In this document: one piece after another, positions 1 through 13,344 of the stretch | Position numbering within the stretch: position 1 is the stretch's first letter | Layout: the number at the start of each line of letters is the position of its first letter | Assembly (NCBI GenBank): GCA_964016885.1 | Contig: OZ024740.1 | Coordinates: forward strand, 236,592,001-236,656,000 | Source: Eledone cirrhosa | Lineage: Eukaryota | Length of the DNA stretch: 64,000 nucleotides | Reading direction: 5' to 3' | Program-made: the position numbers and the translations under genes | The notes under the pieces: model-generated | What the model was told of the DNA's origin: nothing | Seen by the model: the letters and a program-made list of their open reading frames with translations, nothing else | Databases searched by the model: none

Positions 1-226
1 TGTGCTATATAATTATAGTTACCTTATTTACAGTTCTTTAACATTCAGTAAAATATTAATGAAGCAAAGATTAACAAAGCAGCTTTCTTGTTCTAAACAG
101 AATGAGAAGCCTATATTTTGAAATCATATTTTAATATAAGATTTATAAATATTGAGTACAGTTTCTCAGCTTCAGCAAATCATTGGAATAACCTTCAGAC
201 TTAGAAGATTAACATTATGTATTAAT

Positions 227-360
227 TGGCAGAGTCGGTAGAGCATTGGATTATATGCCTTATAGTATTTGTTCTGGTACTTTGCACTTTTGGTTCAAAT
301 CCTACTGAGGTAACTTTGTATTTCATCCTTTCATGGTCAATAAACAATGTACCAGTCCAA
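227..360 (+). mobile_element. tRNA-derived SINE (degenerate; related copies at about 46261-46405, 47250-47400, 56330-56475)
   Basis: A-box-like TGGCAGAGTCGG and B-box GGTTCAAATCC, followed by a ctttg..tttcatcctt..aataaa..gtaccagt body shared with other copies in the window. Confidence 0.65.
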
Positions 361-849
361 GTGAGTGGAGTGGCAGAATTGCTAAGGCATTGTAACTGTT
401 CTAGCTCAGTGGATTCTGAGTTCAAATCCTGCCTCCTGTCACTGAACAAAAATGAGGACATGACAGAACTGGGACCTCTTACCATTAAAACACACAAGAG
501 ATCTTCTATGAGATACAACCACAAGCAGCTGGTTATACATATATAGGTGTGAGCCACAACAACAATAACAACAACAAAAAAGTTGTTGTATACTATCTTA
601 TGTTTGTCAAAATAGATAGAAAACATCTTATATCTAATGTCTGCACTTCCCTTGAAAGTTTGTTGCACAAAGATCAAATAGACGATATTTCTAGCAATAT
701 AACCTAAGCAGCAAGTCTGGAGTCCTTTGAGCAAGTCTGGAGTAGATATGATATCCCTTAGATTACCAAAATTGCAGTCAACTATATCATTAATTTGACA
801 AACCTATTTGTGCTACAATCCTCACAGAAATTTCTAGACTAGGCAAAAC

Positions 850-1023
850 CTATTTCTGCAAAGCTTTAAAAAACATTGAAGAATACAATGAGACCCATTT
901 TTTTTAATAAGATGAATGAAACCCTTATTTGAATAGGATATTGCTAACAGGTCATCACTGTCCATTTTTAGTATTTGAGAATGTGTGAGTATATGTATAC
1001 ATACACCCACAGAATGACAAATT
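850..1023 (-). CDS. Candidate internal exon of an unknown host gene (ICHSVGVCIHILTHSQILKMDSDDLLAISYSNKGFIHLIKKNGSHCILQCFLKLCRN)
   Basis: Strong pyrimidine tract plus AG (ttttttttctttttttag), 174-nt open frame, AG|GTTTTG donor; no recognised homology. Confidence 0.3.
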
Positions 1024-1549
1024 CTAAAAAAGAAAAAAACTAAATAGAAATTTAGTAGAAATTTAGTCAATATTCAAGACAGCCTACAGGCATTTTCTGC
1101 CAGCCAGTTTATCAGTTATGTTGTCAGCCTGTCAAACATTGACTGCCATAAGTAATTCAACTTCTAAATCTTTACTAACTCAACTGAATAATATTAATAC
1201 TACTTTTTATTTTATGTAAAAATATATCATATAAATATAATTTAATATAAAAAGAAGAAAAAAATAGATTGAGAAGAAAGAAAGGAATGTAAAATAAGAA
1301 AATATTTTAAAAAACGGAAAGGAAGCTCTCTAGTTAAACAGAATGGGAGAGGGGTGGGAAGGTGGTTGGGCTCTGGGTCTAGGGCACAGTGGTAATGGGG
1401 CTGTGCCCTGCAGACAAGACCGCAAAAGCATTCTTGCGGACTATAGCCAACAGCACCCACAACATCAGCCATTCCACCTCACAGGGCTCCTTCCTCATTC
1501 TGATCTTGCGGAGGAGTTCAGCAGTATGGGGTCCAAGTATGCCTGAGGT

Positions 1550-2125
1550 AAGATTGATCGGGTGACCATGTCTCACTCGTATAGGACTGTATCTGGCAGG
1601 TTTTCTATGGCTGGATGCCCTTCCTAACACCAACCACATTTACAGTGAGGACTGGGAGCCTTTTTACCGTGTCTCCTACATGACTATTCTTATAAACTCA
1701 GTCTTATAAAATCACTCCTGATTTTATTAAATACAATACAGTTTGTGTTTTTCTGAGATCACTATTTTCTTATTTATAATTTCTATCACAAACAGCTAAC
1801 AGCAAAAATATTGAAAATTGAAAAAGCTACAACTACCACAACCGCCAAGAATAATCACTACCATTTAACATCTATTTTCTGTGTCTGCATGGGTTAGACT
1901 AGTTGTAGCATACTGAGGCTAGACTGCTCAGGTGACAAGGTCTTGTTTGTGCACTGGATGCCCTTCCTAATGCCAACCACTTTACAGCATGTACTGGGAG
2001 CATTTTATAGTGACTCTAGCACTACCACTTTACTAGGTGGACTGGATGCATTTTGTAGATGCATGGTCACTACCACTTTACAGTGCAAACTGGATGCTTT
2101 TCATCATGGAACTAGCACTACTAGT
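1550..2125 (-). mobile_element. Two degenerate copies of an RTE-tail SINE family
   Basis: ggctggatgcccttcctaacaccaacc motif and ccactttacagtg subrepeats, matching the 3' UTR of the young RTE at 18028-18330. Confidence 0.65.
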
Positions 2126-3699
2126 ACAGGGTGTACTACAAAATTGTGTACATAGAAAATTACAGTATTTCAGGTTTGAGAAAGAGAGAGATTATTAAAA
2201 CAAGTAATATCTAAAACAGAAGGGCTACCTTATGGGAATGAATAGTTCCAAATTTAAAAAGTACAGAGAAAGAATTATAGAGAAAACAATACTATCTGGT
2301 AGCTATACTAAAGATTAGCTCCATTGATCTTTCTTGACATATTTAGTCAGAGGAAGACAACAAGCATCCTTGACCAATATAGATCCTCCCAGGTAGGTAA
2401 GATTAATGTGGTTGATGTTGAATTTAAAATTCTGAGATCAATGCTTATAGGAAAAATTTTGGTGGGAAGGAAATTTTAGATAATTGTAATTCTGTCAAAG
2501 AAAGATCATTACAAAAAAAAAGTGTTTAGTGCATGATCTTGAGAGGGAGATACAGTTGAGGTGATGAGAAGATGTGAGACATTTGTGTTGAGTGTGCAAG
2601 AGTAAAGATGGTTTGTATTTAGTTTTAGAGGAACAGAGATAATTTTAGTAGCGATAGAAGATAGGAAAAGAACAGCATGTATGTGAGTCAGTGGTTGTAG
2701 TGCCTTGGTGAGTGGATCTTTGCTCATCAGTTGAATAACTATTGTTTAGATATAGTCTAGAAGTTTTATGAATGTAGTAACAGCACTATCATATTGATGT
2801 GAACAGTACTCCAATGTAAATCAAAAGTGTGTTATGTAGAGATTTAGCAACTGAAATAGTTTTTCACCCTCATGAGGAAAACTAGTCTTGAGATGAATTT
2901 TAGGAAAATGTTATATGTGACACGACATCAAGGGAATTCTAGCATTTGTAATAACTTTGAAAGTTTTTGTTGCATAGTATTCATAAGTAGAGATGATGTG
3001 TGCAAGACCGTTTCCTTAATAAGTGTGCTGGTACTTTACTTGCTCCAGAAAGATGAAAGACAAATTTGCAAGGGGCTGGAATAAATACAGCAGGTATTTA
3101 TTTTGGCCAATGCACTAATACTTTTGTCAAGTTGCTGCCTGGTACATATTGAGATAGATACAGTACTGTTTGAAGCTGCTGGAAGTGAAACTATTAAAAC
3201 CAATAACATAGTTGAACTGAAGTGATCATAGATGTTAATTTAAAGTAACTGTATATCATCATCACCATCATCATTACTGATTAACATCTATTTTCCTTGT
3301 TTGCATGTGTTAGACTGTCTTGCTCGTAGGTGCCATTTTGGAGTTGGTTTTTATAATTGGATGCCCTTCCTAACACCAATAACTTTATATCATGTACTAG
3401 GAATATTTTATCGTGATTCCCTATAATAAAGATTTCTAATATTGGCACAAAGACACAGATTTGGTGAGAGAGGAACATTTCATTATGTTGATTCCAGATT
3501 GGTGACTGGTGTGAAAAGGACCACCAAAACACTGCAATATGGTGAGACAGAACAAAAGTAGTCATACCACATTGTCCTTTGTGTGGGTTAACAAGGGACA
3601 TTTTCAAGCATTAAATAGAAGGGCCTGTTCAAAACATATACTGTAGTCTCCATCTTTGCTGTGAAAACTGCCGATGGGCCTGCAACATGTCCTGAGAGG

Positions 3700-6460
3700 T
3701 GTGGGATGGATCCACAAAGATTACATATCCCAAAATCCCAAAGAGGGTTCAACCTGGAACATCACAACCCTTACAGGTAAGGAGCAGCAACTAGTGGAAG
3801 AGGCTAGATATGGTTGAGGTTTCCTCAACAAAGTTCCATGGCTCTGGTACTGTAGACTTGGATGGAGGATGGAAACTTCACTATTTAGGTGTGTTGCCAG
3901 AAATGACTACATAGGTAGGAGTGGGGATACTCACAAGCTCCCATCTGTTAGAATGCGTTATGGACTGCATCCCATTAACAGGGAGGATTTGCCTCTTGAG
4001 GCTAAGGCTGAAAAGTCTCTGTAGATGCACCAAACAAAGAGTCTGAATACAGATCCTTCCTTGATGAAATCACTGCAGTATTACATATAGTTAAGACTGA
4101 GTCATGTATCTTAGTGGGAGATTTCAATGCACTTGACATGGAAAGGAGTGATTGTTAGGAATGGTGATCAATATAAATTGAATGGAAAGACCTTATTAGA
4201 CTTTTGTTCTAGTAATGGGCTCTCTATTATGAAAACCTTCTTCCAGCACAAAGACATCCATAAATATACATAAGGGGAATCAGGGACAGAGATCAATAAT
4301 TGATTCTGTTATTGTCTCTGATCTCATCCATTTTGTGCTGGATGTTCATGTTAAGAGACGTCTGAGCTGTCAACTGATCACCATCTAGTTATCTGAAAAC
4401 TAAGACTACCTAAAGCCAAGGAAGCCCACAAAACTGGTATGTCCAGGTCAATGTACAGGATAAAGTGGGAAGCAATGGTGAATAAGGAAGTCATGACCAT
4501 CTATGCAAATACTATTGCATCCAAATTCAGAGAACTTTCTGAGCAAACTGAAGATGTTGAAATAGAGTGGAAAGTGTTTAAATCAGCAGTTTCTGCTTCA
4601 GCTGTTAAATGATGCATGTGTGAGTGGATTGGTGTGGTGTTGGGTGGCTGGAAGACCTCTTGGTTCAATCAAGGGGTTAAAGATGCGATCTGAGCAAAGA
4701 AGGAGGCCTACAAGGCTTGGTTTGGAAATAAGTCCTCCTACTTGCATTTGCAGTAAAGTAGGTACGAAAAGTTGAAGTAGAGAAAGTAGAGGTGTCCCAC
4801 AATAAGACATGGGAGGACTTTGGGGTTAAGCTGGAATCTGACTTCAGATCAGCAAATAAAGTGTTCTGGCACCATACACTGACTTTATAATAAGAAGTCC
4901 ACCTCCACATCTACTATCAGGAATGCATCTGGGGTTCTCCTCTCCTCATAGAGGTGCATCCTCACAAAGTGAACGGAATATTTTGCTGATCTCCGAAACC
5001 TGGTCACAACAGTATCTTCTGATGTACATGAGGTACATCTGGGAACAATGACTAATCTCTTGGAGGCTGAGATCACAAGAGCAATTAAAGAACTCAAATA
5101 TGGCAAGGCTTATGGGGAGAAGGAAATTCAGCCCAAGATGTTAAAAGCCTTTAATAGAGAAGGTATTCTCAGTCGGTCCCATGTGTGCTGAGTGGCCTGG
5201 ATCTCTGGAAAGACATCGAAGCAATGACAATCAGGAGTGGTAATCCCAATTTTCAAAAAGGGAAACAAGAGAGAATGCTCCAATTGTAGAGAGATCTCCT
5301 TGTTAAGCTTCCCCTGCAAAGTCTATGCTAAGTGTCTGGCAAAGAGGTGTAGGGAGATTGACAGGTTCAAGCTAGCTTAGCTGATAAACAGTGTTGTTTT
5401 GACCCCAAACACAGCTCAGATAACCAATTATTCACAATGTAGCAGGTCTTTGAGAAATCATGGAAGTACAGCTAAGAGGTGTATGCTTTCTTTGTAGACC
5501 TGCATTCCGTGGGACCTGCTGTGGATTATGGGATTGAAGGCCAGCTTCATGTTGCCCTAATGTCTCTTTACAAATACTCTAGTATTTGTGTTCGGATAAA
5601 TGATGCTAAATCAAAACCATTCAATGTGGGAGTCGGACTCTGCCAGGGTGTGTACTGAGCCTCTCCTGTTCATAATTTTCATGAACAAGATTGATATGCG
5701 CAGCTGGGTTGGAAGTGGTATCATGACGGATGTAGGATCAGTCGGCTGGAATTTGAAGACAACATGGTATTACTTAACTCGTCAAGAGGTGATCTCCAAC
5801 ATACACTTGATAGGTCTGAAGCTGCATGCTGCATGGCTGGACTGAAAATCAGTATTGCAAAGACTGAGACACTCATCTTCTAAGGAAGCCTGTGCAGTGC
5901 ACTCTACATGTGAATGGAGTTCCACTGAAGTAGGTGGAGAAGTTCAAGTATCTCGGGGCCATATTCACAAGTGATGGAAGGGAGGAAGTTGAATTAAGTG
6001 CAAGAATGGCAGGATCTGGTACATTCGGTAATCAGAAGAAGGAAGGTAGGTGTAAAAGCCAAACTTGCATTCTTCAATTTGGTATTCATGCCAAACCTTA
6101 CCTATGGTCATAAATCTTGTGTAATGATCGAAAGAATACAATCACGAATACAAGCAGCCGAAATGGGGTTCCTCCGAAAGGACTTTGGAGTAACATTACT
6201 CTATAAAGTGGAGTTACTCCAGGCAAAGCCGGTACTTCTCTGAATTAAGAGATCACAGCTCTGATGCAACAGGGATATGGTTAGAATGTCTAAAGAAAGA
6301 ATCCTTGGACAAATTTTACGGGCAAAACTAACTGGCAGGAGACCCAGGAGTAGACCCCGAGCAAGATGATTTGACAATATCCATGAGGTCAACTGGAGAT
6401 GGTGGCTTCTGACCCACTGGAAGGCATGTTTGAGAACTCTGCTCCTATGCCCTTCTCTGG
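3700..6460 (+). mobile_element. Degenerate near full-length RTE-clade LINE (Rex3/Expander-like), APE endonuclease plus RT
   Basis: Broken frames read WNITTLTGKEQQLVEE, LVGDFNA, SIIDSVIV, LSTDHHLV, IPIFKKGNKRECSNCREISLL, PLLFIIFMNKI, VEKFKYLGAIFTSDG, QAAEMGFLR; many stops and frameshifts. Confidence 0.85.
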
Positions 6461-7749
6461 GTGAGATCTTTTTAAAAATTATTAAAATAATAAGGGAAGT
6501 AGATTTAACTTGGAATTGAAATCAGATCATTTCATTCTCTAAGAAATTAGATAAAGGTAAATGGACCTCTGTCAGTTTCTATAATCAGTGGTCCAGTTAT
6601 TTAATCAACAAAATGCCTTGCTCATGAAATGTAAAACTGAACACCAGTAAAATTTTATAGGGCTGTTACAGTTACAACAAAAAATTGTAGCAACTTGTCG
6701 TAACTGTTTAGAGCTAGATGTGCTGGGCCATTTGAAAGTTACATGGCTGTATCACTAACAAGATATGATATGAAGCCTCTCAGTTGGTTGGCTGACACCC
6801 CATCCACTTGTACATCTCTATTTTCTAACCATATTACTAACATATAAATAAATAAATAAAAAACCTGTGATCTAAATGATTGAGTAATTAACCTAATCCA
6901 GTACTATTATTAATCATTCAGCTCTTTCTCACAAAAACAAACAACTTTGAACTGCTAGCAGTCTAAAAAATGATTCATAAATGAAAGTGACTCATAATGA
7001 ACAAACACTACATGAGAAATCTATAGTTTAGATTATAGATTTATGAAGAAAGATGGTTTATATACATTTGGTTGTTAGCAAATTGTGGAGTAGTGAACAA
7101 ATACTATATTTTCACATTGTTGATGAACACATCAACTATCACTGTAGGAGAACAGACAAGGAAGAGAAACAATTGTCTGCAGTCGCCAGTTTGTGCAGTG
7201 AAATATGGCTTTTATTCCCTTCAATTAAAGTCTGCTTGATTATATAAAGTAACAATGGAAAGAAAATACAAAAGATAAACATCATCGATGTTTGCCACAG
7301 TGAGGGAAAAAAGACATTAATTTGAAAATGTTGAAAACAATGTTTGCCACAGTGGGAAAACAGACATCAAATTGAAAATGTTGAAAACAATAGTAATAAA
7401 TTTTCTTACAGTACAGACGTGCGCTGGTCTTTTATTCCACTTTTAGAATATTGCATCATAAGACAAAAGATTACTGTTTCAAATCATTAGTTTCCAAGCA
7501 TATGATATGCTGAAGAGTCAAAATGTGGTAAAAATACATTAAAAATAGATTTTACAGACAAATAAAATGAGGATTTCATAATAGTAAAATTATATATAAC
7601 ATTAATTGATCATTCTTAGTCATAAGCCAGAACAGTTACAATGTTGTCTTGTCTCTTGTTAAGTGTTTAAATACATATTTCAAGTCATCTTTGTAAGAAC
7701 AAATGAAAGTAAAGTTAACAGATGTATTAAAGAAGAGTTCATAAGGTGT

Positions 7750-7870
7750 ACTCATTTACTCTTTTACTGGTTTCACTCATTTGACTGTGGCCTTACAGAG
7801 ACAACACCTTAAAGTGACTTTAATCCCCAGTACTTATTCTTTCAAGCCTGGTACTTATTTTATTGATCTA
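7750..7870 (-). mobile_element. Octopus-type SINE 3' fragment
   Basis: tttactcttttactggtttcactcatttgactgtggcc and cctggtacttattttattgat resemble, from memory, an abundant octopus SINE end. Confidence 0.5.
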
Positions 7871-8017
7871 AGGGGCATCAGTAGAGACACAGACACACAT
7901 ATATGTGTTTATATATATATTTACCATTCTCTTCACTCATGAAACAGCTGTATAGAAAATTGAAATCTCAGAATTTTACCAGCTATGTAAGTTCTTTGAC
8001 TTTTCTTTGGAAATGCA

Positions 8018-8059
<42 letters not shown>

Positions 8060-8091
8060 GTTATGTAATAAACAACATAAGACAGTTATTC

Positions 8092-8158
8092 CATTTACCA
8101 AAGGTTTCACGAAGACAGACGAGCTCGACACAGACGTCTGAAATCACTCATCAGAATG
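8092..8158 (-). ncRNA. Type I hammerhead ribozyme (family A)
   Basis: Minus strand reads catt-CUGAUGA-stem II-GAAA-cc uuu gg-UA-aaug; complete core, stem I catt/aatg. Confidence 0.8.
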
Positions 8159-8390
8159 AAATTTTATTTAATATGGACGTAAGATATGAATTTAAAAACA
8201 AGGGCTAAAACAATTGAAAGCGAGGCTGATATATAATATAAAATAAAATAACGGGAACAAATAGAACGTAATTTAATGGGGAAAAAACTAATAAATATAT
8301 ATATAATTATATATATATACACATGCATATATAAACATCTACCCACACATATACTTATACTCACACACATACATACACATAAACATACGT

Positions 8391-8520
8391 ACTGTCTTTG
8401 TGAAACCTTTGGTAAATGGAATAATTGTCTTATGTTGTTTATTACATAACTAAATAGCTCTGTAGCCCACATAGAGCACTCTCCTTTCCTTTACCCTTCC
8501 TACGGAAATACTTAATATAA
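8391..8520 (+). repeat. Inverted partial copy of the family A HHR element (GAAA half plus 3' tail)
   Basis: gtgaaacctttggtaaatggaataattgtcttatgttgtttattacataactaa is the near reverse complement of 8057-8110; the tail gctctgtagcccacatagagcactc matches 14645-14680 (-). Confidence 0.8.
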
Positions 8521-8635
8521 ACAGCTCCCACTGGGAATGATCGAAGCAAATTCTACATCTTACATATGTGATTGGCATCATCCAGCCCGACAAGTTGAGC
8601 ACTCTACGGTTATAGGAAATTGACTAACATATACT

Positions 8636-10657
8636 ATGGATATATACGATATAGATTACTCAATCAAAAACATTCCAACACCTTCCAATACAATTTACAC
8701 CAAAATGTTAATCAATAAAGTTGAAAGAGTTATACAAAGAATGAGATGGAAAGCGTTGATATTCAATGGACAGTTCAGTACTAATTCAACGGATTACTTT
8801 GATATTAAGTCATGCAAATATCCACCTAGAGTTAAGGATATGGGCCCCTTCGAATTAGACTTAGTTAACATGATTAACGAACTAAAGTTTTGTAAGTACA
8901 ATAATAATTTTCAATCTAAACTTTCTAATGATATTTCTAATATCAAACGTTCTAATAATACATTTGTATTCTCTGATAAAACTAAAAATCTTTACGAAGT
9001 TAATAACCATTTATACAACCAACTTTTAACGGATAGTATCACTGTTAGATATCAAAAAGCTAATATTAATACTTATAATATTATAAATAATGAAGCTAAA
9101 GCTTTAGCTAGTATATTAAAAGTAGATAACTGAACTGAAAGCCTAGCCAAACGTAAAAAATATATTACACTTAAAGACCATAAATCAGACTTTATTAACT
9201 GACCTAGTTGTAGACTAATTAACCCTGCTAAATCAAAAATCAGTCTTGCTAGTAAAAAAATCTTAAGAAATATAATCCTTCAAATAAGAACTAAAACTGA
9301 ATTACTCCAATGGTTAAACACTTCCTCTGTTATATCTTGGTTTAATAATATACAAGAGAAAAATAAGTGTAGATTTACCCAATTTGATATTGCAGATTTC
9401 TACCCCTCTATTACTGAATCCTTATTAACTAAAGCTTTAGAATTCGCTAGACAATTTATTAATATATCTAATTTAAAAGGGGATGTTATCTTACACGCTA
9501 GGAAAACGCTACTTTTCGCTAAAGAAGAAACTTGGGTTAAAAACTCAAACCCAGAAAACGCTTTTGACGTCTCTATGGGTTCGTTCGACAGTGCCGACGT
9601 GTGCGATTTAGTTGGATTATTCCTCCTCCACACTCTTAAAGGGAAATTTCCCAACCATACTATCGGCTTATACTGAGACGATGGATTGGCTGTCTCTCAT
9701 ACCACCAACAGCCATAACCTTGACAAATTCCGTAAAGATTTAATTAATACCTTCTCTAACCTAAACCTCAAAATTACTATAGATACTAACCTAACTAATA
9801 CCAATTTCCTCGACATCATTCTTGACCTACTTACTGCTTCTTTCAAACCCAGCCATAAACCTAACGAAAATTTAAAATATATACACAAAGAGTCTTGCCA
9901 TCCTCCTATAGTATTTAAAAACCTTATTCCTAATATTAGTCGTAGGATCTCTACCTTATCTTCTTCTATAGATATTTTTAATAAGGCGGCCCCTTTAATA
10001 AGGCCCTTAAAAATAGCGGTTTAAACGAACAAATCGAATATATACCCTCTCTTCCTACTACCACTAAACACAATAATAGGAAACGAAAAATAATATGGTT
10101 TACTCCACCTTCCTCTTTAACAGTTAAAACTAATGTAGGAAGAAAATTACTTGAACTTCTAGACAAATATTTCCCCCAACAACATAGATATAATAAGATA
10201 TTCAATAGAAATTTAGTTAAAATTAGCTACTCTTGCTGCTCATCCATGAAATCTAAAATTACCAACATGAATATTACTAAAGGAAATCCAGGATGTAGTT
10301 GCAGAAAAGCTGAAGAATGCCCTTTACAGGGCAAATGCAATACGAAATCAATCGTATGAGGCCAAAATAACACCTATTATGAATAACCAGCCAGCCTGGA
10401 GTGAGCGATATGTGGGCATGACGCAAGATAGATTTAAAATCAGATACAACGCACATGCTGCTTCCTTCAAACACCCAGAGACAAGAATAACTACGGCGCT
10501 GGCTAATAAAGTATGGGAGTTAAAAGAACGCAAGATTCCAAATATGATTGATTGGTCCATTTTAGACTACTCAAAAGAATACCAGAAAGACACAAAGAAA
10601 TGTTCTTTGTGTATAACCGAAAAATACAGAATCCTGCAAACTTACCATATTCACTGA
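8636..10657 (+). pseudogene. PLE reverse transcriptase / GIY-YIG endonuclease ORF, disrupted
   Basis: YSIKNIPTPS..RMRWKAL, CRLINPAKS, QFDIADFYPSI (motif A), FDVSMGSFDSADVCDLVG (B), GLY*DDGL (C), IIWFTPP, CSCRKAEECPLQGKC, YVGMTQDRFKIRYNAH, CSLCITEKY; TGA stops at 9131, 9200 and 9674 plus frameshifts. Confidence 0.9.
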
Positions 10658-10751
10658 ACCAGAACAATTCTCCCATCCAATTTCTCTTGACCATTATCTT
10701 TTGCTTGTCATAAAATTCTCTAAAAACGCTACAGAATAGATTTCCAAATAA

Positions 10752-10984
10752 GGGCGCGAAAATTTAATGAAAACTTGTTCACGTGACAGCCATAATTTCA
10801 TTTATAACCAATCAAATTACGTTTATTTAAAAAAAGCCTTCGTGAGCCCCTTTTTTTAAGTAAAAAGAAATTCAAACACTCATATATGAAAAAACAACCT
10901 GTGACCCCCACCCTTGTTTGAAGAACTTTGTAACGCGAACTGGCGCGAAATTTATTATAATTATTGACCAACCAATCAAATTAC
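10752..10984 (+). promoter_or_regulatory. Putative pLTR promoter: two GGCGCGAAA (E2F-like), two CCAATCAAATTAC, one CACGTG
   Basis: Motifs at 10753, 10942, 10808, 10972 and 10780, upstream of the HHR; function inferred. Confidence 0.4.
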
Positions 10985-11090
10985 TTCTCTAAAAACCTGG
11001 CATTTCAAGCCACTTTTTCCATATAAAACAAGTAACATTCAGAGACCAACCAGATGTGAGAAAAACCACAGACCCTCCATCTCAACTCTA

Positions 11091-11126
11091 CTTTTGAAAA
11101 GCAGAAGAACTGCGAAACCGGTAAAG
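11091..11126 (+). ncRNA. Minimal type I hammerhead with U3-A8 core variant
   Basis: ctt-UUGAAAA-gcag aagaa cugc-GAAA-ccgg-UA-aag at the 3' end of the PLE. Confidence 0.65.
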
Positions 11127-11219
11127 GAACCAAATAAATATATATATTTTTTTTAAAATAAGACTCCAGTTGCATTTTCGATTTCATCTTTTTTTCTTTA
11201 TATATATATATATATATAT

Positions 11220-11260
<41 letters not shown>

Positions 11261-11365
11261 TTTATGTCCGCTTTTCCCTGCTTGCAAGGGTGGGATGGGT
11301 CTTATTCAGCACAGCATCTCTCCACTCGTCACGGTCCCTCGTCATCTCCACCGTGAGCTTCAATG

Positions 11366-11416
<51 letters not shown>

Positions 11417-11634
11417 CATATGTATATATGTTTATATATATATGTGTGTGTATGTGTATGTGTTTATATGTATATATGTGGGTGTATGTTTATGGTTACA
11501 TATGTATGTCTATGTGGGTATATTTATGTATATACATGTGTATATGTGTGTGTGTGTGTATATAGAGAGATTTATATATACATATGTATACATATATGTG
11601 TGTATGTTTGTCCTTGTACGTGTATATATATATC

Positions 11635-11872
11635 TAAAGTCTAAACTCTGTCTTAAGCCAGAAGGCTCATTTGACTGGTGCTTATCCTGGTTTCCTGGTG
11701 TGAAGTGACAGAAAGTACAAGACTCCCCCCTTGGACAGGACACCAGTCCATCACAGGGTTAAACCTCCAGCTATTGCTGGTACTCATTTTCAGCTGAGTA
11801 TACAGGAATTGAACCCACAAGATTATGATCGTAAGTCCAACACTCTTACCACTAGGCCTCGTGCCTCCACTG
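11635..11872 (-). mobile_element. tRNA-derived SINE with Meta-domain-like body
   Basis: Minus strand: ggcctagtggtaagagtg (A box), gggttcaattcc (B box), aaccctgtgatggactggtgtcctgtccaagggggag..gaaaccaggataagc; flanked by (TA)n. Confidence 0.7.
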
Positions 11873-12095
11873 TATATATATATATATATATATATATAGA
11901 TATATATGTGCATATATATACATATGTATATTTATATATGTGTGTTTCCGTGAGTGTATATATATATATATGTATATATATATTTCTAGTTACATCCTCT
12001 TATGTAATTATTTGTTTTTTTGTCCAACACTGTGTTTATGTATAAGTTGCCTGTGTGTGCGAACGTGTGTTTGTACTTAAACCTGTGTGTGTATG

Positions 12096-12144
<49 letters not shown>

Positions 12145-13344
12145 ATGTGTGTATACATGTGTGTCTATGTATCTGTATATGTACATGCGTATGTATGTAT
12201 GTATGTATATATTTGTGCATGTACGTATGTTTATGTGTATGTATGTGTGTGGGCAGATGTTTATATATGTATGTGTATATATGTATGTGTATATATGTGT
12301 ATATATGTATGTGTATATATGTGTATATGTGTATGTGTACATACAACTGCCAAGGAGGTAAAGCTATACCTTCCAACCCCAATAAGGACTCTGAATATCA
12401 CACAGGACTACACAGTAATAGAGACCCTAGACTAAACGGCATTAGAATAGCAGGAACCCCCATGACAAATACACCTGACCAAAATGCACCCACACAACCA
12501 CCAAACCACAACAACCACACTAAACACCGTAAAGCCCGAAGCAGACCCGTGACATGGTACAACGCCCCGTACTCTATACACGTTGCCACCAATATACCGG
12601 GAACCTTCTTCAGAGCTCTGGAACAATTTTTCCCACACATAAATACCACAAGCTCTTTAATAGGCACACTGTCAAATTGTCCTTCTCCACAACACCAAAT
12701 CTAGGCGACACGATAGCACACACAAATAGGACAAAATACGCAAACATATGATAGCTCCACAACCAACCACTAGCACAACCCAAAACGAAACCACACAGAC
12801 AACACAACACAACAACTTATGTGCCAGTTCCACACAGAATACGAACAACCGGCAACGTAACAACAAACCCATAACCCGCAACTGCAACTGCAAAAAGTGG
12901 ATAGAATGTCCATTGAACGGGGAGTGCCTCATTAAAAACATTATTTACCGGTACGATGTCACAGCCGGCCGAAAAGAGAACTCCTACATAGGGGTGACCT
13001 CGACTATGTTTAAGGAGCGCTGGTATAACCACAAAAGCTCCTTCAAACACAGGCCCAAACGATCCCAAACAAGACTGGCAGACTTGATCTGGGACTTCAA
13101 AGACAAGAACATGGAATACCAGATCAAAAGACGAGTGGCCAACTCCCCAACAACAGAAACCACTGCAGGTTATGCCTGGCCGAGGTGACTGAGATCATTA
13201 AATTGAAATCGGCCATAAACTCAAGATCTGACATAATAATAAACTGCAGACACATCAGGATGACCACCTTCTCTGCACAAACATTCGGCCGAGGGCCAAC
13301 CACTAACCCTGACTCAACATAGGGATAACCACCTTTGCTTTGCC

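Larger units (their letters stand above)
8560..11200 (+). mobile_element. Penelope-like retroelement (RT plus C-terminal GIY-YIG; probably Hydra clade), near full length, with 3' pLTR
   Basis: Disrupted ORF 8636-10657, long 3' region ending in a hammerhead-like motif and then (TA)n. Confidence 0.9.

Noticed and set aside
227-440. tRNA genes
   Set aside because: A and B boxes are present but there is no cloverleaf; they are SINE heads
222-803. 170-aa minus-strand ORF as a gene
   Set aside because: Runs antisense through SINE copies and an (AAC)n tract, and contains a 20-bp-period duplication
2200-3100. Possible very old PLE RT remnant on the minus strand
   Set aside because: Only faint motif echoes; cannot be supported without a profile search
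7285-7392. Two tandem copies of about 51 bp
   Set aside because: Simple local duplication with no further structure
9131-9676. Three in-frame TGA codons in the PLE ORF as selenocysteine recoding (as reported for Naiad PLEs)
   Set aside because: They fall where Arg fits (GLY*DD for GLYRDD, DN*TE), consistent with CGA>TGA decay; frameshifts are also present and the endonuclease is C-terminal
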